From: Candidatus Pacearchaeota archaeon
GTDB taxonomy: Archaea; Nanobdellota; Nanobdellia; Pacearchaeales; GW2011-AR1
DNA: 32,483 bases
Reading direction: 5' to 3'
Assembly (NCBI GenBank): GCA_002731115.1
Contig: PBZO01000001.1
Location: 1,069 to 33,551, forward strand
In this document: in pieces, positions 16,647 through 26,703 of the stretch
Position numbering within the stretch: the stretch's first letter is position 1
How the letters are laid out: each line of letters starts with the position of its first letter
Notes under the pieces: generated by a model
The model's input: the letters and a program-made list of their open reading frames with translations, nothing else
What the model was told of the DNA's origin: nothing
The model's database searches: none
Translations under genes and position numbers: made by a program

Positions 16647-18569
16647 ATGTGGAACTTATATCAAAATGGTAAATTTCTAGAACCTTTAACTTTTTCTAAT
16701 GGAAAAACTCAAGAAGATATTGTAAAAGAAGTTTTAGATGCAATAAAAGGGGGGAATAAAGTTATTTTTATTCATGGAGTATGTGGGACTGGAAAATCAA
16801 CAATTGCACTAAATATAGCAAGGAAATTGGGAAAAGCATCAATTATTGTCCCTGGAAAAAATCTCCAAGCACAATACAAAAAAGATTATGAAGAAGATAA
16901 ATATCTATTAAAGGATAATAAGGAAAAATTAAAGATAAGTGTTATTACTGGGCGAAATAATCATAAATGTAACTTTTTAGAAGATAATAAAAATGCTATT
17001 CCGAAAATAAAAAAAGAAGTAAACTCAAAATTAAACGACATTTTTGAAAATAAAAGAGAAGAAATTAAGAAACTAATTAGGGATGATTTATCTGCAGATA
17101 ATTATAATATCCCATGTAAAATAGAGATAAAAGAGAAAAATATAAGGAAAATTAAGGAATATCTAAGGCAAAATAAGAATATTAAGATAAATAATTTTAA
17201 TACAATAAATGACGTTAAAAGAATGTCTATTGCTCCAGTATGTCCTTATTGGTGTCCAGTCATTCCTGAAGAATATGAGATAAAAAGTTTTGAAAACTCA
17301 AAAAAGAGAAAATATACTGGACTAGATAATACCAAATTTATTTTTTATGAAAGAAGATTAGGATGTAAATTCTATGAACAATTTAATTCATTTATTGATT
17401 CAGATGTAATCGTTTTTAATGCTTTAAAATATAAATTAGAATCTGCAATGAACAGAAAACCCCTAACAGAAGTGGAGATAATAGACGAATGTGATGAATT
17501 TTTAGATAGTTTTTCTAATCAAAAAAAGATAAATATTGACAGACTCCAAAATTCCTTAATTCAATTAACTGGATTAAATGAAAAAATAACTAGTAGATTA
17601 CATGAGATTATTAAGGAAATAAAAAGAGATAAAGAAATACAGGAAGCAATTTACTCTAATAACATCATTCTTTTAAAAGAAACAAAAATTTATGATTTAA
17701 TGAAAGTATTTCTAGATTCTTTAGAATTTTTTAAGGAGATAGATGAAGAAAGTTATCTATATGAAATAAAAGAGAGTACGAGAATGTTTGAAGATTTTTT
17801 AGATGAAACTTATTTAACTTTTAATAAAAGAGATTCTCAAATTATAGTCAGTCTTGTTACAACAAATCTTGCAAAGAAGTTTAAAGAGATTATTGATAAA
17901 AATAAGATAATTGTTTTAATGTCAGGAACCCTTCATTCTCCAACTGTCTTAAAAGATATTTTTGGATTAGATGAATTTAAGATAATAAATGCTGAAACAC
18001 AACAACAAGGAGAGATAGAGATTAAGAAAACCGGAATGGAAATGGATTGCAAATACGAGAATATCTCAAACGGGAAAATTACTAGGAAAAATTATCTAAG
18101 AACTTTAAGTAAATGTGTTGAAATAGCAGAAAAACCAGTATTAGTTCATGTAAATAGTTTTAATGATTTACCAACTTGTGAGGAGCTTAAAGAATTTGAT
18201 ATTGATGACTTAATTAGTAGGGAAAAGATAATTGAACTTCAGGAAAATGATAAAACAGGAGAATTAATTGAAAAATTCAAAAAAGGGAAAACAAGTGTAC
18301 TTTTCTCAACCAGGTGTGCAAGAGGTATTGATTTTCCTGGAGAAGAATGCAATAGTATTATCTTTACAAAATATCCAAATCCTAATGTACAGGATTCTTT
18401 TTGGAAAATATTAAAAAAAACAAAACCAGAGAATTACTGGAGTTTTTATAAGGATAAAGCAAGAAGAGAATTATTACAAAAAATTTATAGGGGATTGAGA
18501 TTTAAAGAAGACCATATTTATCTTTTAAGTCCGGATATTAGAGTTTTAGATGCTTTTGGAAAAAGATAA
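16647..18569 (+). CDS. SF2 helicase, XPD/DinG (Rad3)-like
   Basis: Walker A GVCGTGKS, motif II IIDECDE, MSGT, RGIDFP, QKIYRGLR; Cys residues between motifs Ia and II. Confidence 0.85.
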   Translation: MWNLYQNGKFLEPLTFSNGKTQEDIVKEVLDAIKGGNKVIFIHGVCGTGKSTIALNIARKLGKASIIVPGKNLQAQYKKDYEEDKYLLKDNKEKLKISVITGRNNHKCNFLEDNKNAIPKIKKEVNSKLNDIFENKREEIKKLIRDDLSADNYNIPCKIEIKEKNIRKIKEYLRQNKNIKINNFNTINDVKRMSIAPVCPYWCPVIPEEYEIKSFENSKKRKYTGLDNTKFIFYERRLGCKFYEQFNSFIDSDVIVFNALKYKLESAMNRKPLTEVEIIDECDEFLDSFSNQKKINIDRLQNSLIQLTGLNEKITSRLHEIIKEIKRDKEIQEAIYSNNIILLKETKIYDLMKVFLDSLEFFKEIDEESYLYEIKESTRMFEDFLDETYLTFNKRDSQIIVSLVTTNLAKKFKEIIDKNKIIVLMSGTLHSPTVLKDIFGLDEFKIINAETQQQGEIEIKKTGMEMDCKYENISNGKITRKNYLRTLSKCVEIAEKPVLVHVNSFNDLPTCEELKEFDIDDLISREKIIELQENDKTGELIEKFKKGKTSVLFSTRCARGIDFPGEECNSIIFTKYPNPNVQDSFWKILKKTKPENYWSFYKDKARRELLQKIYRGLRFKEDHIYLLSPDIRVLDAFGKR

Positions 18570-18571
18570 TA

Positions 18572-18652
18572 CGCCCCCACCCCGAATCGAACGGGGATGC
18601 CCCGAAGGACCCGGATCTCAAGTCCGGTGCAATACCATTATGCGATGGAGGC
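18572..18652 (-). tRNA. tRNA-Ser(UGA)
   Basis: GCCTCCA/TGGGGGC acceptor plus G discriminator, anticodon arm CCGGA-CTTGAGA-TCCGG, long variable arm GTCC-TTCG-GGGC, T loop TTCGATT. Confidence 0.95.
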
Positions 18653-18688
18653 TTAGTTTCTAAAATAATTAATAGATTTTAAAACTTA

Positions 18689-18961
18689 CTATAATCCAAG
18701 AATTCTTTTCCAAAGAGGCTTTTTTATTGATATGGGATTATCATTCTCATCAATAATTTGATATTTTATTACTGGTTTTTCCTTAAGTACAGGGACTTTT
18801 TCTGCAAGTTCCTTATTTGCCTGCTCTAATGATCTTAAAACATCTGTTCTTGAATATCCTTGATCAATTAATGCCCATTTAAGAGATTCTTCAGTATAAT
18901 TTTTTTTTAGATTTTTCTTCAAATATTCTACAAGTTTTTTTCTATAATTGCTTTCCCTCAT
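18689..18961 (-). CDS. Small basic helical hypothetical protein
   Basis: 90 aa; LVEYLKKNLKKNY..LKWALIDQGYS helical unit, amphipathic C-terminus PLWKRILGL; TATA 29 nt upstream. Confidence 0.8.
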   Translation of the reverse strand: MRESNYRKKLVEYLKKNLKKNYTEESLKWALIDQGYSRTDVLRSLEQANKELAEKVPVLKEKPVIKYQIIDENDNPISIKKPLWKRILGL

Positions 18962-19000
18962 AAAATAATTATATAATGGGGGTTTAAAAAATTAGTTGTG

Positions 19001-20254
19001 TTATTTTATCTTTATTGGTTTTTCTTTATTATAAAACTTAATAGCTTCCTTTAATCTAAATTTTGATTCTGAATAGATTGTTAATATTTTTTCTCTCTTT
19101 TTAATCTTATCCCCCACATGAAAATAAAGATAAATTCCCGAAGATTTATCTAATGGAGAACCGGCCATTCTTACTAAAGAATTTATTTTTTTATTATCTA
19201 TTTCAATGATTTTCCCTGATTTTTTAGATAAAATATCATATTTCAATCTTGCAAGTTTAATTTTCTTAAAAGATCCGTTTTGTGCTTTAATTATTTGCCT
19301 AAATTTGTCATATGCTTTTCCAGAATAAAGAATTTTCTCTGCCAAATCCAATCCATTTTCTGCTTTTTTGGTTAATTCAAAAAGTTTTCCTGCTATAAAT
19401 AAAGATTTCTTTTCTAAATCTCTTGGTCCTTGTTTTTCAGGATCTAAAATATTAATTACATCGGTTAATTCTAATGAAGGTCCAATTCCATTACCTATTG
19501 GTTCTTTTCCATCAGTTAAAATAACTCTTAATTTTCTCTTAAAATACCTCCCAAGATATTCAAATTTTTTCTTTAATTTTAATGCTTTTAATTTGGTTAC
19601 TTTTGCACTTTTTCCATAAGGAATATCAATTAATATATATTTACTTCCAACAGCAAGTTTTTTTGACATTATTGAAGCTAATAATTGGGCTTCAGGGTCT
19701 ATTTTCAAAATTTTCTCAACTTTAATTATTTTTGAATCCGCGGGAACTAAGCCTAAAGCTCCTCCCCAAACCATGCATGCATTTGTTTTTTTTATTATCT
19801 TTCTTAATTCACTTGCTGGGAAATTTACTTTTGCAATTGTTTCGATAACATCTGCTGTTCCTGCTGCACTTGTTATTGCACGTGATGAAGTTTTTGGCAT
19901 TATTAATCCTGCTGCAGCACAAATTGAAACAACAATTGGAGTTGTTCTGTTTCCTGCAATTCCTCCTATTGAATGTTTGTCAACTATGAGTTTATTCTCT
20001 AATTTAAGTTTATCTCCAGAGTTTAATATTGCTTTTGTTAAATAAATCGTCTCCTTCATATTCATCCCATATTTATACATTGCTAGAACAAAAAGAGAAA
20101 TCTCTGCTTCAGGTAAGGAATTATTTACAATATCCTTGATTATCTCATTTATCTCTTTTTCAGATAATCGTTTTTTATCTAACTTTCTTTCAATAAAAAT
20201 AAAACTCTTTGATTTTGATTCGGAACTTGCCTCTCTTTTAATTTTTAGATTCAT
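19001..20254 (-). CDS. deoA: AMP phosphorylase (thymidine phosphorylase family), N-terminal domain missing
   Basis: DKHSIGGIAGN, PKTSSRAITSAAGTAD, SIMSKK, DIPYG, GIGPSLE; only 417 aa. Confidence 0.9.
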   Translation of the reverse strand: MNLKIKREASSESKSKSFIFIERKLDKKRLSEKEINEIIKDIVNNSLPEAEISLFVLAMYKYGMNMKETIYLTKAILNSGDKLKLENKLIVDKHSIGGIAGNRTTPIVVSICAAAGLIMPKTSSRAITSAAGTADVIETIAKVNFPASELRKIIKKTNACMVWGGALGLVPADSKIIKVEKILKIDPEAQLLASIMSKKLAVGSKYILIDIPYGKSAKVTKLKALKLKKKFEYLGRYFKRKLRVILTDGKEPIGNGIGPSLELTDVINILDPEKQGPRDLEKKSLFIAGKLFELTKKAENGLDLAEKILYSGKAYDKFRQIIKAQNGSFKKIKLARLKYDILSKKSGKIIEIDNKKINSLVRMAGSPLDKSSGIYLYFHVGDKIKKREKILTIYSESKFRLKEAIKFYNKEKPIKIK

Positions 20255-20313
20255 TCTTTAATTACCTTTCTTTAAATCTGAAAAGAAAAATGATTATTCA
20301 TATTTAAATAGTT

Positions 20314-21348
20314 CTATTCATGTAAAACAGTAAGAATTCCTGAAGTTTTCTTTAGTCTATAAATCTCAAGAATTATAAGAACATAAGCAATTATTAAAGG
20401 CCCTATAATAAATCCCAAAATACCAAATAAAAATAATCCTCCGATCATTCCTATAAGAACTAACAATGGATGCATACGGGTCTTCTTAGATACAAATGCT
20501 GGCCTAATTACATTATCAATAACATTGGAGGTTATTCCAAACATAGTAATTCCTATAGCAGAAAATGTACTCCCCTTAATAAAAAGATAAATTACAATTG
20601 GAAGCCAAACAATTGTTGTCCCTATAATTGGAAAAATTCCAGCTAAAGAAGCTAAAAGTGTAAGAAATAAAGCATTAGGAATATTAAAAATAAATAATCC
20701 CGATCCAACAATAAGTCCTTGAATCATCCCAATAATTACCTGTCCATAAATAACTGAAGAAGTAATTCCTTTTGAAGATTCAAATAATTTCTTCTCAATA
20801 TCTTTTGAAAAGGGTAATATACTTTGTAGATAGGATACAATTATGTCCTTATCTCTTAAGACAAAGAAAAAAGTAAAAAATGTAACAATTAATTGTAAAA
20901 ATATAGTTGGAAAATTAAGTATTAATTGTGAGAGAAGATTTACTAAAGAATTAGTCATCTTGGTTACAAATGAATAAAGAACAGAACCAATCTCTGCTGA
21001 AAACTCCTCTGATGCAAATAAAGAAGGAAAAATATTTTTAAGAGGTGTCACAAAATCCATTTGTTGTGAAGCTAAATAAACTTCAAAAGATTGTTCTATG
21101 AAAATAGGTGTAAAAAACCACAAAGGCAAAAATATTAATAAAATCAATAATACACAAATTAATCCTGCTGATAAATTTTGTAATTTAGTAATTTTAAATA
21201 TCCAATTATATACTTGATTAAATATAAATGCTAAAATAATCCCAACTATTATTGATAGTAATATTGGTTTTAATAAAAAGAAAGACAAAACTATAAGAAC
21301 ACCTAAAATAATTGTAGTCACAATTTTATTGAAATAATCTTTGTCCAT
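20314..21348 (-). CDS. AI-2E family transporter
   Basis: Multi-TM; IFPIIGTTIVWLP, DNVIRP, MHPLLVLIGMIGG..FGILGFIIGP. Confidence 0.93.
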   Translation of the reverse strand: MDKDYFNKIVTTIILGVLIVLSFFLLKPILLSIIVGIILAFIFNQVYNWIFKITKLQNLSAGLICVLLILLIFLPLWFFTPIFIEQSFEVYLASQQMDFVTPLKNIFPSLFASEEFSAEIGSVLYSFVTKMTNSLVNLLSQLILNFPTIFLQLIVTFFTFFFVLRDKDIIVSYLQSILPFSKDIEKKLFESSKGITSSVIYGQVIIGMIQGLIVGSGLFIFNIPNALFLTLLASLAGIFPIIGTTIVWLPIVIYLFIKGSTFSAIGITMFGITSNVIDNVIRPAFVSKKTRMHPLLVLIGMIGGLFLFGILGFIIGPLIIAYVLIILEIYRLKKTSGILTVLHE

Positions 21349-21428
21349 CTTGATTTAAATAACCCAACCAAATTTATAAAGTTTTGTGAATAGGAAAAGT
21401 TTAAAAGTAAATTTCAATAAAGAGTTTT

Positions 21429-22127
21429 ATGAATTTTATGAAAAGACTTTTTAATGGAGAGAGTGGTGTGGATATTCATCAACAATTTATTAGATTCGGT
21501 AAGGGGGATTACAAAGGAAGATTTCTTCTGAACTTATGGAAAACAAAGAAAATTAAAGTTAAAACAAGTTTTGAATTTGCTAATGATTTAATCCGGTTGT
21601 GTTCCGGATTTGGAGATTGTAAAGCTTCAGGAATAATTTTAAGTAAAAGAAATATTTCTGATACGATGTCAAGAAATAATATAGAAGGTAACTCCGAAAC
21701 AAAAAAAGGAGGTTTATACTATCGAAATAATATTCCTAGTCAGAAATTGAAAAAAGAGCAATTAGTTGAATTAGAAAAAGAATCTTATTTTGTTTTGTTA
21801 GATCTAGAGGGAGATAGTTTTAAATTAAAAATAAAGAAAAAACTTCCAAAACCAGGTAAAAGTGAAAAAAAGATAGATGATAAATTTTGTGTGCTAGAAA
21901 TAGAGAATAAATTTTATTCAGAAATTAAGGAAGATCTTTTTTGGGATATGCCTGAATCTAAAAAGATTAACATAAAGCATGAAGTCATTATTAATGAAAT
22001 TTTAATGCCCGAAGGAGAAAAAGATTTTGCCAAAATTAGAGAAATGGCTAAACGAAAAGGTAAAATAATAAGAGAGGCTGAAATTGATGGAAAAAAGATT
22101 ATAAAAGAGATAGAGTTTGAAGTCTGA
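21429..22127 (+). CDS. Hypothetical basic protein upstream of rpl3
   Basis: 232 aa, HQQFIRFGKG and KKKLPKPGK motifs; TATA 29 nt upstream. Confidence 0.85.
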   Translation: MNFMKRLFNGESGVDIHQQFIRFGKGDYKGRFLLNLWKTKKIKVKTSFEFANDLIRLCSGFGDCKASGIILSKRNISDTMSRNNIEGNSETKKGGLYYRNNIPSQKLKKEQLVELEKESYFVLLDLEGDSFKLKIKKKLPKPGKSEKKIDDKFCVLEIENKFYSEIKEDLFWDMPESKKINIKHEVIINEILMPEGEKDFAKIREMAKRKGKIIREAEIDGKKIIKEIEFEV

Positions 22128-22214
22128 AAAACCCTCTCAAAACCTTTAAAAAGCCTTATTTTCTTTCTATTTTATTCCAGGGATTTAAAATGTTATCCGC
22201 AAAATTACTAATAA

Positions 22215-23153
22215 ATGCCTACAAGAAAATCACCCAGAAAGGGAAGTTTGCAGTTTTGGCCAAGAAAAAGGGTCAATAAACTTTTACCTAGAGTGAACTG
22301 GGATTCTATTAAATCTTCTAAGAACCTCAAAGGATTTATCTGCTATAAGGCAGGAATGATGTCTGCTTATGTAAAAGATAATACTCCTGATTCTATGACA
22401 AAAGGTAAAAAAATAATTGTGCCAATAACGATTCTTGAATGCCCAACTCTTAAAATATTCTCTATAAGACTCTATAAAAATGGCAGAGTTTTAAAAGAAG
22501 TACTAGCAGAAAATCTTGATAAAGAATTAAAAAGAAAAGTTAAAATTCCAAAGAAAGATATTAAGAAAATAGATGACATAAAAGAAGAATATGATAATGT
22601 GAGAGTAATTGTTTATTCTCAAGTTAAAAAAACAGGGATAAAAAAGACTCCTGATTTAAGTGAAATAGGACTTGTTGGAAATCTTGAAGAAAAAATTAAA
22701 TTTATTAAAGAAAATTTAAATAAAGAAATTTCTGTTTTAGATATTTTTGAAAAAGGAGAATTAATTGACTTGAGAGGATTAACAAAAGGAAAAGGATTAC
22801 AAGGTCCTGTAAAAAGATTTGGAATTACACTTAAATCTCATAAATCAGAAAAAGGTAGAAGAAGACCTGGAAGTTTAGGTCCATGGCATCCTGCAAGAGT
22901 TACTTTTCGTGTTCCGCAAGCAGGTCAATTAGGGACATTTACAAGAATTATTTATAATAATAAAATAATAGATATGGGAAAATCAGAAGATAAATTAAAA
23001 AACATAAAAAATTTTGGAAATATTAAAACAGATTATATTCTCATTAGAGGTTCAGTCCAAGGACCTTCAAAAAGACAATTATTAATTACTGCTCCTCTAA
23101 GAAAATCAAGAAAACAATTAAAAAAAGATTTTGAATTAATTGAATTAAGATGA
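22215..23153 (+). CDS. rpl3: 50S ribosomal protein L3 (uL3)
   Basis: PRKGSLQFWPRKR, YKAGM, TKGKGLQGPVKRFG, GSLGPWHP. Confidence 0.98.
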   Translation: MPTRKSPRKGSLQFWPRKRVNKLLPRVNWDSIKSSKNLKGFICYKAGMMSAYVKDNTPDSMTKGKKIIVPITILECPTLKIFSIRLYKNGRVLKEVLAENLDKELKRKVKIPKKDIKKIDDIKEEYDNVRVIVYSQVKKTGIKKTPDLSEIGLVGNLEEKIKFIKENLNKEISVLDIFEKGELIDLRGLTKGKGLQGPVKRFGITLKSHKSEKGRRRPGSLGPWHPARVTFRVPQAGQLGTFTRIIYNNKIIDMGKSEDKLKNIKNFGNIKTDYILIRGSVQGPSKRQLLITAPLRKSRKQLKKDFELIELR

Positions 23154-23962
23154 AACAACAAATTATAATGAAAGCAAAAATACTTGATATAAATGGAAAA
23201 GAAAAAGAAGAAATTGACTTGCCTAGATGTTTTTCTCAGAAAATTAGAGAAGATATAATCTCTAAAGTTTTAGAAGCTAAGAAAACAAAACAACCATATT
23301 CTCCATCTCCTGTTGCTGGAAAACAACATTCTGCTAAAGGAAAAGTCATTCATAGAAGACATGTCTGGAGAAGTGGTTATGGAAGGGGATCTTCAAGAGT
23401 TCCAAGAAAGATAATGTCAAGCAAGGGCTCTCAATTTAATTGGGAAGCTGCAGAAGTTCCTTTTGCGAAAGGAGGAATGAGAGCACATCCACCAAAAGTT
23501 CTTTCAATGATTAATACTAAAAAAACAAATAAAAAAGAATTAAGAATTGCATTAGTTTCTGCAATAAGTGCAACAGCGAATGAGGAGAAATTAATAAAAA
23601 AATATGAAAGACTTAATGAAAGACTAGAAAATCTTCCATTAATTGTTGAATCAAAAATAACTTCCTTAAAAACAAAAGAATTAATCTCTAGTTTAAGAAA
23701 AATTCTTGGGAAACAATTATTTGAATTAGCATTACCGAAGAAGAAAGTTAGAGCAGGAATTGGAAAAATGAGGGGGAGAAAATACAAAAAAAATGCGGGA
23801 TTATTACTCATTATAGGAAATAAAGAAAAATTAAAAGCGAACGTATTTGATATTGCAAATACTGGTAAATTAAGTGTCAATGATTTAGCCAAAGGAGGCT
23901 CAGGGAGACTTACCCTGTATACCGAACAATCAATTAAAGAATTAGGAAAAAGATTCAAATGA
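23150..23962 (+). CDS. rpl4: 50S ribosomal protein L4 (uL4) (alternative start 23168)
   Basis: GRGSSRVPR, GGMRAHPPK, RAGIGKMRGRKY. Confidence 0.97.
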   Translation: MKQQIIMKAKILDINGKEKEEIDLPRCFSQKIREDIISKVLEAKKTKQPYSPSPVAGKQHSAKGKVIHRRHVWRSGYGRGSSRVPRKIMSSKGSQFNWEAAEVPFAKGGMRAHPPKVLSMINTKKTNKKELRIALVSAISATANEEKLIKKYERLNERLENLPLIVESKITSLKTKELISSLRKILGKQLFELALPKKKVRAGIGKMRGRKYKKNAGLLLIIGNKEKLKANVFDIANTGKLSVNDLAKGGSGRLTLYTEQSIKELGKRFK

Positions 23963-24195
23963 AACTACTTGCAACTGAAAAAGCAGTAATGATGATTGAA
24001 TCACAGAATGTTCTAACATTTAGAACAAATATGAATAAGACAAAAAAGGAAATAAGAGAAGAAATTGAGAGTTTATTTGATATTAAAATTGAAAAAATTA
24101 GAACTTTAATTAGAGGAAATAAAAAATATGCTTATGTTAAATTAAAAAAAGAATTTCTTGCAATTGATGTGGCAACGAAATTAGGATTAATGTAA
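23959..24195 (+). CDS. rpl23: 50S ribosomal protein L23 (uL23)
   Basis: TEKAVMMIE, KKYAYVKL, AIDVATKLG. Confidence 0.96.
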   Translation: MKLLATEKAVMMIESQNVLTFRTNMNKTKKEIREEIESLFDIKIEKIRTLIRGNKKYAYVKLKKEFLAIDVATKLGLM

Positions 24196-24196
24196 A

Positions 24197-24895
24197 ATGG
24201 GAAAGAGAATAATTACCCAAGCTAGAGGAAAAGGAAGCCATACTTATAGAGTTAGAAAAAAAGCATTTAGATATAAACTTCAATACCCGTCTAAACTTGA
24301 TGGAAAAGGTACTGTTATTAGATTATTTGATTCAGCTGCCCATAGTTCGCCTCTAGCAAAAATAAAATATGAAAAAGGAATCTTTTACATCCCTGCATTT
24401 AAGGAAATGATTGAAGGACAAGAAATAAATTTTGGAGGGAAAAAAATTAAACAAGGAAATATAATTGAATTAAAGAATATCCCGGTAAAGACAAAGATCT
24501 ATAATATTGAATCAAGACCTAGAGATGGGGGGATTTTCATAAAAAGTGCAGGAAATTCTGCAGTAATTAGTAGAATAATTGAAAAAGATATTTTCATCCT
24601 AATGCCTTCAAAAAAAGAAAGAAAATTTAATTCAAATTGTAGGGCAATAATTGGGGTAATTGCAGGAACAGGGAGACTTGATAAGCCTATTGTTAAAGCT
24701 GGGAAAAAATATCATATTAAAAAATCAAAAAGTAAATTATGGCCTAGAACTTCAGCCGTAAAGATGAATGCAATAGATCATCCATTTGGTTCAGGAAGAG
24801 CAAAGAACCCGAAAAGTAAGATTGCTAAGAGAAATGCTCCTCCAGGAAGAAAAGTTGGACTACTAAGGCCAAAAAGAACTGGTAAAAGAAAATAA
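24197..24895 (+). CDS. rpl2: 50S ribosomal protein L2 (uL2)
   Basis: MGKRIITQARGKG, MNAIDHPFGSG, APPGRKVG. Confidence 0.98.
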   Translation: MGKRIITQARGKGSHTYRVRKKAFRYKLQYPSKLDGKGTVIRLFDSAAHSSPLAKIKYEKGIFYIPAFKEMIEGQEINFGGKKIKQGNIIELKNIPVKTKIYNIESRPRDGGIFIKSAGNSAVISRIIEKDIFILMPSKKERKFNSNCRAIIGVIAGTGRLDKPIVKAGKKYHIKKSKSKLWPRTSAVKMNAIDHPFGSGRAKNPKSKIAKRNAPPGRKVGLLRPKRTGKRK

Positions 24896-24896
24896 A

Positions 24897-25292
24897 ATGG
24901 AAATGCAAAAAAAACAATTTACATTTAAAGGGAAAACACTAGAAGAATTAAAAACTCTAGATGTAAGAGAGTTTGCAAGATTATTGAAATCAAGACAAAG
25001 AAGAACTGTTCTCAGAAATTTCCAAGAAATTGAAGAATTTATCAATAGATCTAAAAAGAAGATAGGAAATAATAAACCAATAAAAACTCATAAAAGGGAT
25101 TTAGTTATTGTCCCTGAAATGATTGGAATGAAAATTCAAATCTATAATGGAAGAAATTTTGTTTCAGTTGAAATAATAAAAGAAATGTTGGGACATAAGT
25201 TTGGGGAATTTGCACTAACGAGAGGAAGAGTAAAACATGGAAGTGTAGGAGTAGGAGCAACTAAAGGATCAAAAGCAAAAGCTAAAAAATAA
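24897..25292 (+). CDS. rps19: 30S ribosomal protein S19 (uS19)
   Basis: IKTHKRD, EMLGHKFGEFALTR, GATKGS. Confidence 0.97.
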   Translation: MEMQKKQFTFKGKTLEELKTLDVREFARLLKSRQRRTVLRNFQEIEEFINRSKKKIGNNKPIKTHKRDLVIVPEMIGMKIQIYNGRNFVSVEIIKEMLGHKFGEFALTRGRVKHGSVGVGATKGSKAKAKK

Positions 25293-25294
25293 AA

Positions 25295-25870
25295 ATGACA
25301 GAAAAAGATTACAATCCAGAACAAAAACAAAGAAAATCAATGAAAAAACAAGAAATAGCAAGTGCTCCAAAAAAAATAGTTGATACTCCTCAAATTAAAT
25401 CGGAAAAAGTTAAAGAGAAAGATAAAAAAGTTACTGAAAAAGAGAAAATTGGAACTCCTAAAGAAGAAAAACCAAAAAAAACAATAGCAATTGTTAATGG
25501 AAGAAGTTTGCCAATTTCGACAAAATACTCAGTTGCAATTTGTAATTTTATTAAAAATAAAAGAATAGAGGATGCAATATCCGATTTAGAACAAGTGCTT
25601 AATTATAAAAAAGCAGTTCCAATGAAAGGAGAAATCCCTCATAGAAAAGGAAAGATAATGTCGGGAAGATACCCAAAAAAGGCAGTAGAACATTTTATAA
25701 AATTATTAAAAAGTCTTTTAGCAAATGCAAATGAATTAAATAATCCCCTAATTAATGAAGCTATTGCAAATCTTGCTTCAAGACCTTATAGTAAATTTGG
25801 CACAGTAAGAAGAAAAAGAAGTCATATTAAAATTATTGCTAAGGAGAAAAAATGGAAGAAAAAAAAATAA
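25295..25870 (+). CDS. rpl22: 50S ribosomal protein L22 (uL22) with Lys/Glu-rich N-terminal extension
   Basis: ISTKYSVAIC, KAVPM, HRKG..GRYPKKA; operon position. Confidence 0.95.
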   Translation: MTEKDYNPEQKQRKSMKKQEIASAPKKIVDTPQIKSEKVKEKDKKVTEKEKIGTPKEEKPKKTIAIVNGRSLPISTKYSVAICNFIKNKRIEDAISDLEQVLNYKKAVPMKGEIPHRKGKIMSGRYPKKAVEHFIKLLKSLLANANELNNPLINEAIANLASRPYSKFGTVRRKRSHIKIIAKEKKWKKKK

Positions 25871-26529
25871 TCAAACTTAAAAAAGAAGAATATACAATTA
25901 GAGAATATATAAAAAAATCACTTGGAAAAGGAAAAGTAAGTAAGGCTAGAATAGTATATACTCCTATAGGGGAAAAGATAATCATCTCTACAAACAAACC
26001 GGGATTAGTTATTGGACGTGGTGGAGAAAAGATAGGAGAATTAACAAATGCCTTAAGAACTAAATTTAAACTTGAAAATCCACATATTGAAATAGATGAA
26101 ATAATAGAATTTGAGTTTGATGCCCAAATAATGGCTGATGAAATTTCCCTCGGACTTGAGAGATTTGGACCTTTAAAATTCAAGGTTATTGCATATAGAA
26201 CTTTAGAAAAAATAATGAAATCAGGGGCACTTGGAGCTGAAATAAGATTAAGTGGAAAACTTCCTGGAGCAAGAGCAAAAACATGGAGATTTGCACAAGG
26301 ATACTTAAAGAAAACAGGAGATACTTCAAAAGTAGTTGATAGAGCACAATCAAGGGCGCAAACAAAACCAGGAGTAGTTGGAGTAAAAGTAAGTATTCTC
26401 TCACCACATGCAAAACTTTTAGATAAGGTAAATATTGATGACAAGCTTATTGAAAGATTAAAAATGAATTCAATAGAACCCAAAATAGAAGATAAAATTA
26501 AAAAGAAAACAAAGAAAAAAGGAAAATGA
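25852..26529 (+). CDS. rps3: 30S ribosomal protein S3 (uS3)
   Basis: KPGLVIGRGG, GAEIRLSGKL, GYLKKTG. Confidence 0.97.
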   Translation: MEEKKIIKLKKEEYTIREYIKKSLGKGKVSKARIVYTPIGEKIIISTNKPGLVIGRGGEKIGELTNALRTKFKLENPHIEIDEIIEFEFDAQIMADEISLGLERFGPLKFKVIAYRTLEKIMKSGALGAEIRLSGKLPGARAKTWRFAQGYLKKTGDTSKVVDRAQSRAQTKPGVVGVKVSILSPHAKLLDKVNIDDKLIERLKMNSIEPKIEDKIKKKTKKKGK

Positions 26530-26702
26530 GTACTTTAAAATTCAAAGATATTCAGAAAATGGAGAAAAATGAAAGAGAGAGAAAAATGAAAGAATTAAGA
26601 ATGGAATTAGTTAAATCAAAAGTAAATACTTCCAAATCAGGAAGTTCAAAGATAAAAGAAATTAAAAAGATTATCGCTAGGATACTCACACTTAATAAAT
26701 AA
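26526..26702 (+). CDS. rpl29: 50S ribosomal protein L29 (uL29; not in ORF track)
   Basis: Hand translation MSTLKFKDIQKM..ELRMELVK..IKEIKKIIARILTLNK. Confidence 0.94.
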   Translation: MSTLKFKDIQKMEKNERERKMKELRMELVKSKVNTSKSGSSKIKEIKKIIARILTLNK

Positions 26703-26703
26703 C

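Noticed and set aside
22174-22214. Possible structured rpl3 leader (GGAT..ATCC)
   Set aside because: Only about 4 bp, and an alternative TATA at 22183 would make the mRNA nearly leaderless
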